Assembly: GCA_048938895.1 (NCBI GenBank)
Contig: JBHLLU010000046.1
Span: 1 to 32,348, forward strand
Source: Promethearchaeota archaeon
GTDB lineage: Archaea > Asgardarchaeota > Lokiarchaeia > Sigyniarchaeales > SOKP01
Direction of reading: 5' to 3'
DNA length: 32,348 bases
Positions within the stretch are counted from its first letter, which is position 1. Each line of letters opens with the position of its first letter. A model generated the notes under the pieces. The model did no database searches. It was not told where the DNA came from and saw nothing but the letters and a program-made list of their open reading frames with translations. The position numbers and the translations under genes are program-made. Positions 8,373 to 17,592 of this stretch are shown piece by piece.

Positions 8373-10838
8373 ATGAGTTTTGAATTATTAAGGAAAGAGG
8401 TAATTGATGCGGGATTATGTCAAGGATGTGGATTATGTGCTGGTTCATGTAAACATATAGAAATGGATATTTTACGTCCGACATTAAAAGATTATTGTAT
8501 CCTTGAAAGAAATGGTCAGGACTGTGGTAAATGTTATCAAAGCTGTCCACAAGTAATTCAGAAGAGATTCGAACAAAGACAACCTAAAGCTGTATATTCA
8601 TTACGAAGTAAAGACTCCACAATATTAAAGAAAGCAGCAAGCGGAGGAGTAGTAACCACCCTAGCAAAAAATCTTCTAGAAAATGAGGAACTTGCCGAAA
8701 TTGTAATGGTTCAAGATGTTGATGATAAACCTCAAGCAGAGATTGTAACTGATCCCGATGAAGCAGTAGAGAAAGCTGGTGTTGTCTATGGACGCTCAGG
8801 TGTTTTAGAAAAATTAGTTAACGTTGTTGGTAAGACCTTCGAACCTATAGGTATTGTAGGAGTACCTTGTGAAATGCGAGGTGCTGCCGATCTAGAGAAA
8901 GAAATGAATAGAGAAATCCTAAAAATTGGTTTATTCTGCAATTCTCATATGCGAACAGAACAGACTGATAAGGGATTAATTTGTTCTCCATGTTGTAATG
9001 GTTGCCCATCAGGAGTAAATGCCCAAGGCTATATCTCTTTAATTAGACAAGGACAATATCAGGACGCTGTTGATTTAATTCGTGAAAATAATCCACTTCC
9101 TTCTATATGTGGAAGAATTTGTACTAATGAATGCGAGCATGGATGTACTTTAATTGGAGATGATCATCCTGTAGCAATTCGCGAATTAAAGAAATTTGTA
9201 ACAGAATGGGAAATTGAGCAATCTATAGAATTAAAATCAAAGAGTAAACCCAAGAAAAATGCAAAGAAAGTAGCAATAATAGGTTCTGGACCAGCAGGAT
9301 TGACAGCAGGATATTTTCTGAGAAGAATGGGGTATGCTCCAACCATTTTCGAAAAGTCAGACCAAACAGGAGGAATGTTGAGGTTTGGAGTACCACAATT
9401 TAGATTGCCTAATTATGTTTTAGATTATGATATAAATCGGATCAAGAATTCTGGAGTCGAAATTGTTCTTAATAAACCATTAGGACCAGAAATGACTATT
9501 GATGACTTAAAGAATGAAGGATACGAAGCTATATTCATAGCTACTGGGCAATATAAACCAAGAACATTACATTTAGAAGGAGAAGATTTACCTAATGTAC
9601 ATGTAGCTATTACATTTCTTATGGATAGAAAGTATCGCTACTGGGAAAACAAAGAAGAATTTAAGGGAAAAAGTATTGGAATAATTGGTGGAGGTCCTGT
9701 TGCCGTGGATGTTGCACAAACCGCTCTTAGATTAGGCGCTGAAAAAATTCATCTCGTCGATATCATGACTGAAGAACAACTTGAATTAACTCTAAAAGAA
9801 ATCCCTGAAAAAGAGCGAGAGTTTATGGAATATCACTTTACCACATCTACTTCGAAAATTACTAAAAAAGATGATGATAAGCTAGTGTTGAATTTTTATA
9901 AAATCAAATGGGGTGCTCCTGATGAGACTGGAAGAAGGTCTTTTGAAAAAATCAAGGATTCAGAATATGAAATTCCTATTGATTCGATTGTAATTGCTAT
10001 TGGCCAAGCTGTTGATTTTGACCAAATTGATATCGCTACGGATAATAAATTAGAAAAGGAACGTAATAAAATTAAAGTGAATGAAGTGACTTTCGAAACG
10101 AACATTCCAGGTGTATTTGCGGGAGGAGATATTGTAAACAACTCAAAAGCAGTAGCAATCGCAGCAATTGCGCATGGAAAAGAAGCAGCATTGTCTATTG
10201 ACAGGTACATAAAAGGTGAAAGTTTAATTGAAGGCAGATATAAGCAAGATAAAATGTTCTTTAGAGGTCCAAAAAAACCACCAAAAGATTACTCTCCAAA
10301 ACCAGAGACATTAAGCGAGGCAACTGAAGATATTGTTTGGAGTTTTGAAGAAGTTGAACAACAATTTAATGAGGAAATGGCTCTCCAAGAGGCACGTAGA
10401 TGCTTAAGTTGTAATCATTTCTGCTCCCATTGTCAAGATTTCCCTGCTATTTATTCTGATTTAACTGCAGGAGAAGTTGGATCTCAAGAAGGATTTACTA
10501 CTGTAGTAGTCTGGACTGATAGAGGGAAAGAAATTATTGATAATGGGATCCAGAATGGTCTATTTGAAGAAGGAGAAGTAAATAGTGAAGAATTAAATGA
10601 AGCAATCAATCTTAAATCGAAAAGAGAGCTCTTAACTTTCGAAAAAACACCTAGGCAGCAAGTATTGGATTACATTACTCTTCAAGGACCGACTACGATT
10701 ACCAACATGGCTAAGAAATTAAATTTAGATCCTAAAAAAGTACGATATGAAGCCCTTCGGTTAGCACAAATGATGATGGTTGAGATGAAAGTTGACACTG
10801 GAATGCAAGAACCAATTTTTACTTTAATATGTGATTAA
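8373..10838 (+). CDS. FrhB/FdhB-like protein with inserted GltD/NfnB-like FAD oxidoreductase and C-terminal winged helix
   Basis: Ferredoxin and FrhB motifs (SGGVVT, VGVPC, IGLFC), then SPCCNGCP...CGRIC...CE...IGSGPAG...GVFAGGD...EARRCLSC, then the FrhB C-part (CSHCQDF..SDLTAGEVGS..GFTTVVVWTDRG), then a wHTH-like tail. Confidence 0.85.
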   Translation: MSFELLRKEVIDAGLCQGCGLCAGSCKHIEMDILRPTLKDYCILERNGQDCGKCYQSCPQVIQKRFEQRQPKAVYSLRSKDSTILKKAASGGVVTTLAKNLLENEELAEIVMVQDVDDKPQAEIVTDPDEAVEKAGVVYGRSGVLEKLVNVVGKTFEPIGIVGVPCEMRGAADLEKEMNREILKIGLFCNSHMRTEQTDKGLICSPCCNGCPSGVNAQGYISLIRQGQYQDAVDLIRENNPLPSICGRICTNECEHGCTLIGDDHPVAIRELKKFVTEWEIEQSIELKSKSKPKKNAKKVAIIGSGPAGLTAGYFLRRMGYAPTIFEKSDQTGGMLRFGVPQFRLPNYVLDYDINRIKNSGVEIVLNKPLGPEMTIDDLKNEGYEAIFIATGQYKPRTLHLEGEDLPNVHVAITFLMDRKYRYWENKEEFKGKSIGIIGGGPVAVDVAQTALRLGAEKIHLVDIMTEEQLELTLKEIPEKEREFMEYHFTTSTSKITKKDDDKLVLNFYKIKWGAPDETGRRSFEKIKDSEYEIPIDSIVIAIGQAVDFDQIDIATDNKLEKERNKIKVNEVTFETNIPGVFAGGDIVNNSKAVAIAAIAHGKEAALSIDRYIKGESLIEGRYKQDKMFFRGPKKPPKDYSPKPETLSEATEDIVWSFEEVEQQFNEEMALQEARRCLSCNHFCSHCQDFPAIYSDLTAGEVGSQEGFTTVVVWTDRGKEIIDNGIQNGLFEEGEVNSEELNEAINLKSKRELLTFEKTPRQQVLDYITLQGPTTITNMAKKLNLDPKKVRYEALRLAQMMMVEMKVDTGMQEPIFTLICD

Positions 10839-10872
10839 TTAAATTTAAAATATTACCAAGAGGTTAAACAAT

Positions 10873-11109
10873 ATGAAATATGATATGGAATTGAATGTTT
10901 GTGGCTCTGTATGCCCTGTACCTGCTTTAAAAACCAAAAAACAACTTATTAAAATGAGACCTGGTACAGTTTTAAAAGTTATAACAGACTACAAACCGGC
11001 AAGCGAATCTGTTCCACGAGATTTGGCTAAAACTAAGCATAAACATTTAGGAACAGAGTTTATTGAAGACGATGAGCAATGGTACATCTATTTTGAAGCA
11101 GTAAAGTGA
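10873..11109 (+). CDS. tusA: Second TusA/SirA family sulfur carrier
   Basis: LNVCGSVCPVP...GTVLKVITD; GAGGT SD. Confidence 0.9.
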   Translation: MKYDMELNVCGSVCPVPALKTKKQLIKMRPGTVLKVITDYKPASESVPRDLAKTKHKHLGTEFIEDDEQWYIYFEAVK

Positions 11110-11131
11110 GTGCTCATTCCTTAAAATTATT

Positions 11132-11164
11132 GTTTTTATAATTCTTTTTTTTTAATTAATTTTT
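11132..11164 (+). terminator. Oligo-T tracts, candidate archaeal terminator of the hdr operon
   Basis: Several T runs (up to T9) shortly after the last gene. Confidence 0.35.
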
Positions 11165-11431
11165 CATTACATTTTACATCATTATTAAAATCATAACTAA
11201 ATTAATAATATGTTAATTATACTCATAAGACCATAATTCAACTTAAGAAAGATATATTTTAATTAAGTAAAAAAGAATTAATGCAAGTTAGGGAATTTAT
11301 TAATGAAGGGAGATGGAATATTATTTTCAATTAGTAAAGAATTTCAAAGAAAGAAAAAATTGTACCTACTTCAATAGATTTTATAAGTAGATGCCAAATG
11401 AATGTACTTTTTTATCAAAATTTTATTTCCT

Positions 11432-13351
11432 TCAAGCGAAGTGCTTTTCAATTAATGTTCCAAGACTCTCCCAATTTTCCGATACTGAACAAGATTCTTC
11501 TAGATTTTCAATCAGAATTTGGTAATGGTTATCAAATTCTTCAATGAGAGTCAAAAGTTTTTGATGAAAAATTGTCAAGTTTTCTTTTACAATTAAAGCA
11601 AATATAATTTGGTTTGTTGTGTTAAAATCGAAGATTATTTTCCTATCTCCATGATCTATTATCTTGATTAATCTTTCAGCTTGGATTACCTCTTTTAAAA
11701 TAGTCATCATTCCAACCAAACCACCTGAGATTAGAAGAGAATCATTTTTTTTCTCGATTTCCATAAATGGATAATCATAAAGCAGAACTCCTGAATTACA
11801 AAAGATGTAAATTTGTAGTAGGAAGTCTGTCCAGTTAATTATTGGTAATCTTAATATGAATTTTGAACCCTCATTTCTTCCTTCGGATTCAACAAGAATT
11901 TGACCTCCATGTAAATCGATAATTTCTTTTGAAAAATATAATCCCAAATAGAAATTTTTTAGATTTGATTTAGTTCTTGATGCAAAAAGTGTTTTTTTCT
12001 CTTTTTCATTTAAATTCACACTTTCATTTTTTAGTATAATTTCAGCAAAATCGTTATTTTGCTGTAAATATATGGAAATCTCACTTTTTTTTGAAGCATT
12101 ATTAATAATATGAAGCAGAATATCCTTAATCACCTGTTTTATTCTATGCTTATCAATTTCAGCATACAAATCTTCAGCCAAATCTAAATTCATTGTAAAA
12201 TTTAGCTTTTTTATTTTTATCATTGTCTCATCTACAGATTCAGTAATGGTTTTAACAAGACTCTCAATTTGTCTTTTTAGCCTTATTTTCTCAGTTTCTA
12301 TTCTAGAAATATCAACTATCCGCCCAACTAAGTTCATAGATTTTTTTCCTCCTTTTTTTATCATTTCTAAAAGTTTTATAGCGTTTTGGTCTAATTTGTC
12401 TTTATATGAATCTAAAAGTGTCTGTGATGCATCAAACATATCATTTAATGGTGCTTTCATTTCTTCTGAAGTTTGAGCTGTTAATTTTTTTTTCATATCA
12501 TCAATTTTCCTTAACCGTTCGTTCTCCCCTCTAATGATATTGTCCACTAATTTCCTTTCAGTTATATCTTTCATCAAAACTTGAACATATTTTTCGTTTC
12601 TAAATTTTAAAGAAGAAAAGATAGCTTCTATAGTAGAACTATTAGCTTTATCATTTATAAATTCAAATTCTACAATTTCACTCAATTCAAAATTAATAAC
12701 ATTATAAATCAACTCATCACACGAATCTATGACTTCTTTAGATTTTGGGAAGAGATCAAAAAAATTCTCCCCTATAAAATCTTCTTTTGATCTTTTTAGA
12801 TATAATTCTGCAGCAGTATTACAATCAAAAATATTCTTATTCGCTTCAAGTAAAAATACCGAAAATTGAAGATTATCAACAAAATTTCTAAAAATTTCTT
12901 CTGAATCTTTAAAGGAGTGTTCAATTTTTTTTTTATCTGTAATATCGCAAATTATATCTATTAATGCAGGTTGTCCATTAAAAGAAAGAACAAAAGCATT
13001 ACTGAATTCAAAAATCTTTTCTTCTGTCGAATTAAGATTAGTATATAGAGCTTCAAATTTACTTATTGTATTATAATTTATTTTATTAAAACAACAAGAT
13101 TCACAAATAATATTTTTATTCATCATCACCTCAAAACAAAGATTTCCAATCTGATTAGTTCCAAATTCATCTTCAGCTTTCTTATTCATATACAATATTT
13201 TCATATCTTTGGAAATAATAACAATTAAATCATTACTATTTGATAAGATAAAATTCAACAGCGCTTCAGATTCTTTTATTGGATTCTCTGGATTCTTGAA
13301 TTTTATTATACTTCGGTTTATATGTTCGTTCAATATTCCATTCTCCACCAA
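11432..13351 (-). CDS. PAS-PAS histidine pseudokinase with C-terminal longin-like domain
   Basis: Two PAS/PAC domains ending in DIT. H-box reads TSEEMKAPL (no His). N, G1 and G2 boxes are degenerate, but HGGQILVESEG..GSKF is retained. C-terminus IYIFCNSGVLLY...DSLLISGGL...IDHGDRKIIF. Confidence 0.82.
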   Translation of the reverse strand: MVENGILNEHINRSIIKFKNPENPIKESEALLNFILSNSNDLIVIISKDMKILYMNKKAEDEFGTNQIGNLCFEVMMNKNIICESCCFNKINYNTISKFEALYTNLNSTEEKIFEFSNAFVLSFNGQPALIDIICDITDKKKIEHSFKDSEEIFRNFVDNLQFSVFLLEANKNIFDCNTAAELYLKRSKEDFIGENFFDLFPKSKEVIDSCDELIYNVINFELSEIVEFEFINDKANSSTIEAIFSSLKFRNEKYVQVLMKDITERKLVDNIIRGENERLRKIDDMKKKLTAQTSEEMKAPLNDMFDASQTLLDSYKDKLDQNAIKLLEMIKKGGKKSMNLVGRIVDISRIETEKIRLKRQIESLVKTITESVDETMIKIKKLNFTMNLDLAEDLYAEIDKHRIKQVIKDILLHIINNASKKSEISIYLQQNNDFAEIILKNESVNLNEKEKKTLFASRTKSNLKNFYLGLYFSKEIIDLHGGQILVESEGRNEGSKFILRLPIINWTDFLLQIYIFCNSGVLLYDYPFMEIEKKNDSLLISGGLVGMMTILKEVIQAERLIKIIDHGDRKIIFDFNTTNQIIFALIVKENLTIFHQKLLTLIEEFDNHYQILIENLEESCSVSENWESLGTLIEKHFA

Positions 13352-13356
13352 GATTA

Positions 13357-14910
13357 TTATGTAATATTTAAATTTAATTCATTCATCCATTCATTAATAG
13401 TTGGGGGCTCAACGAGCTCAAAAAAAATTATAAATTTACTTCCTTTAGTATAGTCACCTTCAATTTTATTTTGTACGCAAATATAACCTTTGTATTTATC
13501 CACAATTTTCTTTACTAATGATAGTCCTAATCCCATTCCATATCCGTTTTTTTCTGTTTTTTCAGTTCTTTGAAAAATATTTTTTTTAATTTCGGGTGGT
13601 ATACCTCTTGCGTTGTCTATTAATTCAACTTTAAGATATTCATTCCCATGCTTTCGTACTTTTGAGAAATATATTGAAATCTCTATAATTGAGCAATCAT
13701 TATGCAATACCGAGTTTATTAGGATATTATCAAAAATCTCTTGTAAGAAATCGTTGGCCCTGATGTATATAGGTTTTTCAAAATGAAAAACTTCGATTTT
13801 AATTCTTTTATTCTGAAATCCATTAGTAATGTAGTCTATTGATCTTCTTAATACATCTCTGACATCCATCGTTGTCAAGTCTTGTCCAGTTCCTTCAATT
13901 TCAGAAATTCGCCTGACATTAAAAGTTAGCTTTGCTGCTCTTTTAACTTGTTCTTTAGCAATATTAACTATTTCTGAGATGTTACTCTTAAATTTAATCC
14001 CATTTAATTTATAAGCTATTAATTCAAGAGAAGAATTTATTATCTGAAGAATATTATTCATATCATGGGTAAACAAGTCTTTGAGAAAATTCGCTTGTTT
14101 GTAGGCTTTCTGATATTTCTTTTCTGATTTTATTAAACTGTTTTCTGTTTTTTTTCTATATGTTATATCTCTTATTATCTCAATTACCGCGGGTTCACCC
14201 TTGAAATTTAATATTGGAGAGCATTTATATTCCAAATATTTTTTTTCTTTTGTCTGAGAATTTATGAAATGTTTTTCACAGGTAATATTATTATTATAAT
14301 TTTTCATTAATTTGTTAAAAGAACAATATTCACAGGTGTCATCTCTATTCATTAAAACTTTATAGCACAACTCTCCTATATGGAAATTTCCAAAAATCTT
14401 TTTTGCTTTTTGGTTCATGTATAAGATTCTTAAGTTTTTCGAAATAACAATTACAGATTCATCAATATTTGATAATATTAGATTTAACTGTTCTTCCGAT
14501 TGTCTAATTTCGATTTTGTGTTTTTCTTGTTCAGTGATATCTCTTCCAACTTTTACAATTTGCTCAACTATTCCTTTATTTGTTTTGACTGGATATGCTA
14601 TCAACTCTAAAAATATATCTTTTCCATCTTTGTAATGAGTGTGTATGGATTTGCTTAAATTTCCTGTTTTTATAACATCTATTAAAGGACATTTACATTC
14701 TGGAGGTTTACAAATATGATTTAAACCATGTGTGAATTTATAACATTTCTTCCCAATAGCATCGTCTTTAGAAGTTTTGTATTTCTCACAGAATGACTTG
14801 TTTACATCAAGTATATTGTAACTCGTATCCAAAATAGTTATTTCCTCATAAATTGAATCAATTATTAATCGTAGATCTTCAATTTTGTAATTATTTTCTA
14901 TTTCACTCAT
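13357..14910 (-). CDS. Cytoplasmic PAS-PAS sensor histidine kinase
   Basis: Two Cys-rich PAS domains, H-box FTHDMNN, N-box FDNILIN, G1 IDNARGI, G2 GMGLGL. Confidence 0.92.
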   Translation of the reverse strand: MSEIENNYKIEDLRLIIDSIYEEITILDTSYNILDVNKSFCEKYKTSKDDAIGKKCYKFTHGLNHICKPPECKCPLIDVIKTGNLSKSIHTHYKDGKDIFLELIAYPVKTNKGIVEQIVKVGRDITEQEKHKIEIRQSEEQLNLILSNIDESVIVISKNLRILYMNQKAKKIFGNFHIGELCYKVLMNRDDTCEYCSFNKLMKNYNNNITCEKHFINSQTKEKKYLEYKCSPILNFKGEPAVIEIIRDITYRKKTENSLIKSEKKYQKAYKQANFLKDLFTHDMNNILQIINSSLELIAYKLNGIKFKSNISEIVNIAKEQVKRAAKLTFNVRRISEIEGTGQDLTTMDVRDVLRRSIDYITNGFQNKRIKIEVFHFEKPIYIRANDFLQEIFDNILINSVLHNDCSIIEISIYFSKVRKHGNEYLKVELIDNARGIPPEIKKNIFQRTEKTEKNGYGMGLGLSLVKKIVDKYKGYICVQNKIEGDYTKGSKFIIFFELVEPPTINEWMNELNLNIT

Positions 14911-14923
14911 GAGTTTATCATGT

Positions 14924-15190
14924 TTACTTATAATTAGTTAATATTATAGTTCGCAAAAACTCTTTATATCTTGAACGAAGAGTAACAATTATTCCAACGA
15001 CTTTTTTTTCTATTTTTTTTTGATATAATATTTTTGGCTTTGAATTATTTTCTTTATTTAATTTCTCGATAAAGTTAGAGTCTTTCTCTAAGATCAATAA
15101 ATTTTTTATTTCCTCAATATTACTATTTCTAATGTTTCTTTTTTTTTTTAAAAATTCAACATAGCTCCCGATTTCAATTAAGCAATTCAA
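14924..15190 (-). CDS. Hypothetical protein (doubtful)
   Basis: Fills the gap between co-oriented genes, but is low-complexity K/N/I-rich with a TTG start and no motif. Confidence 0.3.
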   Translation of the reverse strand: MNCLIEIGSYVEFLKKKRNIRNSNIEEIKNLLILEKDSNFIEKLNKENNSKPKILYQKKIEKKVVGIIVTLRSRYKEFLRTIILTNYK

Positions 15191-15207
15191 TTTTTTCCAC
15201 TTTTACT

Positions 15208-16017
15208 TTATGATTCTGGTTTTATAAACTGTTTTAAATCAAGGAATTTTTTCTCATTAAATATCTCCTTCTCTTTTACATAATATCTACAAGTTTGCTT
15301 TTCTAATCCAGATACATAAATCTTTTTCTTATCACACCAATAAAGTCCCGTCGGATTTGGATTGAAGGCAAATTTACAATCTGAAGAAATAAATTCCTTT
15401 TTTTCTTCCCTCCAGTTAAAATAATCAAATAATCTTTTGCATAATTTTAAGGAGTTTTCATTATATGGGTAACACATTATACAGTGCGTTCCAACTTCGG
15501 TCTTTCTTAATTTTATAGGGATAAACCCTAAAGTACTAAAAAATTTTAGTTTTTGTTGCTCACATTTAGCTACTAATAAGAAAACTATGTAATCTTTACA
15601 TTTTTCAAGTTCATTTTTAATCATAAAATTAGCTAAATATGTACCTAATCTTCTTCTTCTATAATTCCATTTAATCTCAATGGTGTCCCAATAAAAAAGA
15701 TAAGTTCCTTGATATATTGATAAGAAAATTAAATTTAAACAACCAACTATTTTATTAAAGCCATTTAAAATATAATGAGATTTATTTAAATAACCATAAT
15801 GCCACTCGTATGTATCTTTGATATTATCAAAAATTTTTGATGATAACTCTTCCTTCCGGTAGATTTTATGATCATATTCTTTTAAATTTCCTATTTTTTC
15901 TAAAAAGAAAGCATCATTTCTTGTGATTCTGGAGATACCCGGGGTTTTATCATCATAAGGTTCTTCACAGTCCATTTTACTTTTAATTTTTTCAATATCA
16001 TTGCATATATTTTCCAT
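15208..16017 (-). CDS. GNAT family N-acetyltransferase with C-terminal three-Cys module
   Basis: Motif A-like IEIKWNYRRRRLGTYL and motif B-like KFFSTLGF; C-terminal DCKFA...WCDKK...TC. GAGGT SD. Confidence 0.78.
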   Translation of the reverse strand: MENICNDIEKIKSKMDCEEPYDDKTPGISRITRNDAFFLEKIGNLKEYDHKIYRKEELSSKIFDNIKDTYEWHYGYLNKSHYILNGFNKIVGCLNLIFLSIYQGTYLFYWDTIEIKWNYRRRRLGTYLANFMIKNELEKCKDYIVFLLVAKCEQQKLKFFSTLGFIPIKLRKTEVGTHCIMCYPYNENSLKLCKRLFDYFNWREEKKEFISSDCKFAFNPNPTGLYWCDKKKIYVSGLEKQTCRYYVKEKEIFNEKKFLDLKQFIKPES

Positions 16018-16093
16018 TTTTAGAAGACCTCTTTATGATATCACCAGCTAAATTTTACAATCTAAATGAAAGGAATTGTAAATCTGTGATTAT

Positions 16094-16543
16094 CTATGGT
16101 ATAGTGCTTATACTGCTTATATTTTCGTCTTGATCAGCTTCCATGAAATGTTTATATAATTTATGAATAGTCTGATTTAATTCAAATTGAATCACACCCA
16201 AATTTAAAAATAGTGGAAACATGAGTGCAAGCCTTATGTCTTCAGTCACATATTCAAGATGGATCACAAAAGCTTCGTTATCAAGCTGATCTCCTGCCTG
16301 AATAGAAATTTGTTTAATAAAATTTTCTTCTCTAATTATTTCAACACTATTTTCTGCTAAGGTAACAATACTAGCGCATATCGCTGCAATACTTTGGAAA
16401 AATTCATCATCTTCATTATTATTAGCTCCTTCTATTGTTATAATAAAGCCATCTTCTGTAAATAAAGTGGAACATACTATACCAGTTCTTTCTCTAAATG
16501 ATTTTAAAATATTTTGAATTTTACTTTCTCTTAGATTAGCCAT
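16094..16543 (-). CDS. Roadblock/LC7 (MglB-like) domain protein
   Basis: GIVCSTLFTEDGFII...IAAICASIVTLAE...NLGVIQFEL; overlaps the GTPase stop by 8 nt. Confidence 0.85.
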   Translation of the reverse strand: MANLRESKIQNILKSFRERTGIVCSTLFTEDGFIITIEGANNNEDDEFFQSIAAICASIVTLAENSVEIIREENFIKQISIQAGDQLDNEAFVIHLEYVTEDIRLALMFPLFLNLGVIQFELNQTIHKLYKHFMEADQDENISSISTIP

Positions 16544-17186
16544 TTTGAACTATTCCCTCCCTCTTGATTGTATTATTTTCGTTTGTCCCGTTTAAAATAA
16601 TTTTGCTTACATGAATAATCGCATCTTTTATTCCAATATTATGTTTAGCAGAAGTTGAGTATACTTGCTCTCCAATCATATTTGTAATCACTTCACATCC
16701 ACAATAATCATCTCTATCTGCTTTATTGGCAATTATCCTTATGGGGATATTTTGTCCTAAAACCGCACGAGTTTCTTCTAATATCACTAAACCGTTTCCT
16801 ATATTCACCAAATCACAACCATCAATTAGAAGAATTACTCCATCATTTCCTTTTGCTAGAATTTTTCGAACCGCAGAAAACTGCAATTGCCCAGGACACC
16901 CCTTTAGCTCTATATTTAACGCATGCCAACCCGAATATTCATCTTTATCTCTTAAATATTCAGTCTTATTCATAATCACACCTTCTGTTTTAAAATCCAA
17001 ATTAGGTCTAACCCAAACTAACCTCGCTAGGTCAAATCCTGTTGTAGTATGAGTTTTTTCATCATTATAGGCATAAGCTAATTTTTTCTCAACAGATATA
17101 GCTTTATCATCAAGAGTGTGAATCAATGTCGTTTTACCTGAATTAAAAAAACCTGTTATAAAAATTTTAATTTTATCCCTCTCCAA
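16536..17186 (-). CDS. Small GTPase, MglA/CvnD-like
   Basis: G1 GFFNSGKTT, G2 TTTGFD, G3 GCPGQ, G4 NKAD, G5 SAK. TTG start. Confidence 0.9.
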   Translation of the reverse strand: MERDKIKIFITGFFNSGKTTLIHTLDDKAISVEKKLAYAYNDEKTHTTTGFDLARLVWVRPNLDFKTEGVIMNKTEYLRDKDEYSGWHALNIELKGCPGQLQFSAVRKILAKGNDGVILLIDGCDLVNIGNGLVILEETRAVLGQNIPIRIIANKADRDDYCGCEVITNMIGEQVYSTSAKHNIGIKDAIIHVSKIILNGTNENNTIKREGIVQNG

Positions 17187-17592
17187 TTTATATTCCCACT
17201 TCCCTTCTTGATAAAAATGTAAACTTTTTCACACACTCAATTAATAAATCGTGGTATTAGTGAGATACTTTTATTTTATTAGTATTTTCCTCACTAATAA
17301 CATCTTATTTAGTATATTTAAACCTATGCTTTGTTTTTATTTGTATTATTATAAAGTAAAATAATTGATATTATAAGGAGAATTTAATCAAAATGAGTTT
17401 ATTCTAATTGAAATTGGTTTTATGATAAAAAAAGGAATATATTGCAGATTTATTTATTAATTTTGATCTTTTCTTGTAATAAACACATTTAAATATAAGT
17501 TACTTTATGATTCTTTATAAGGAATTTAATTTAAAATAAAAAAATTATCATAAATAAAATAAAAAATAAAAAAAATATGAAGATGAGTTACT

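Noticed and set aside
3548-10210. Antisense ORFs within the hdr operon (e.g. 3548-4069, 5076-5342, 9896-10210)
   Set aside because: They lie opposite well-supported genes and have no independent coding signal.
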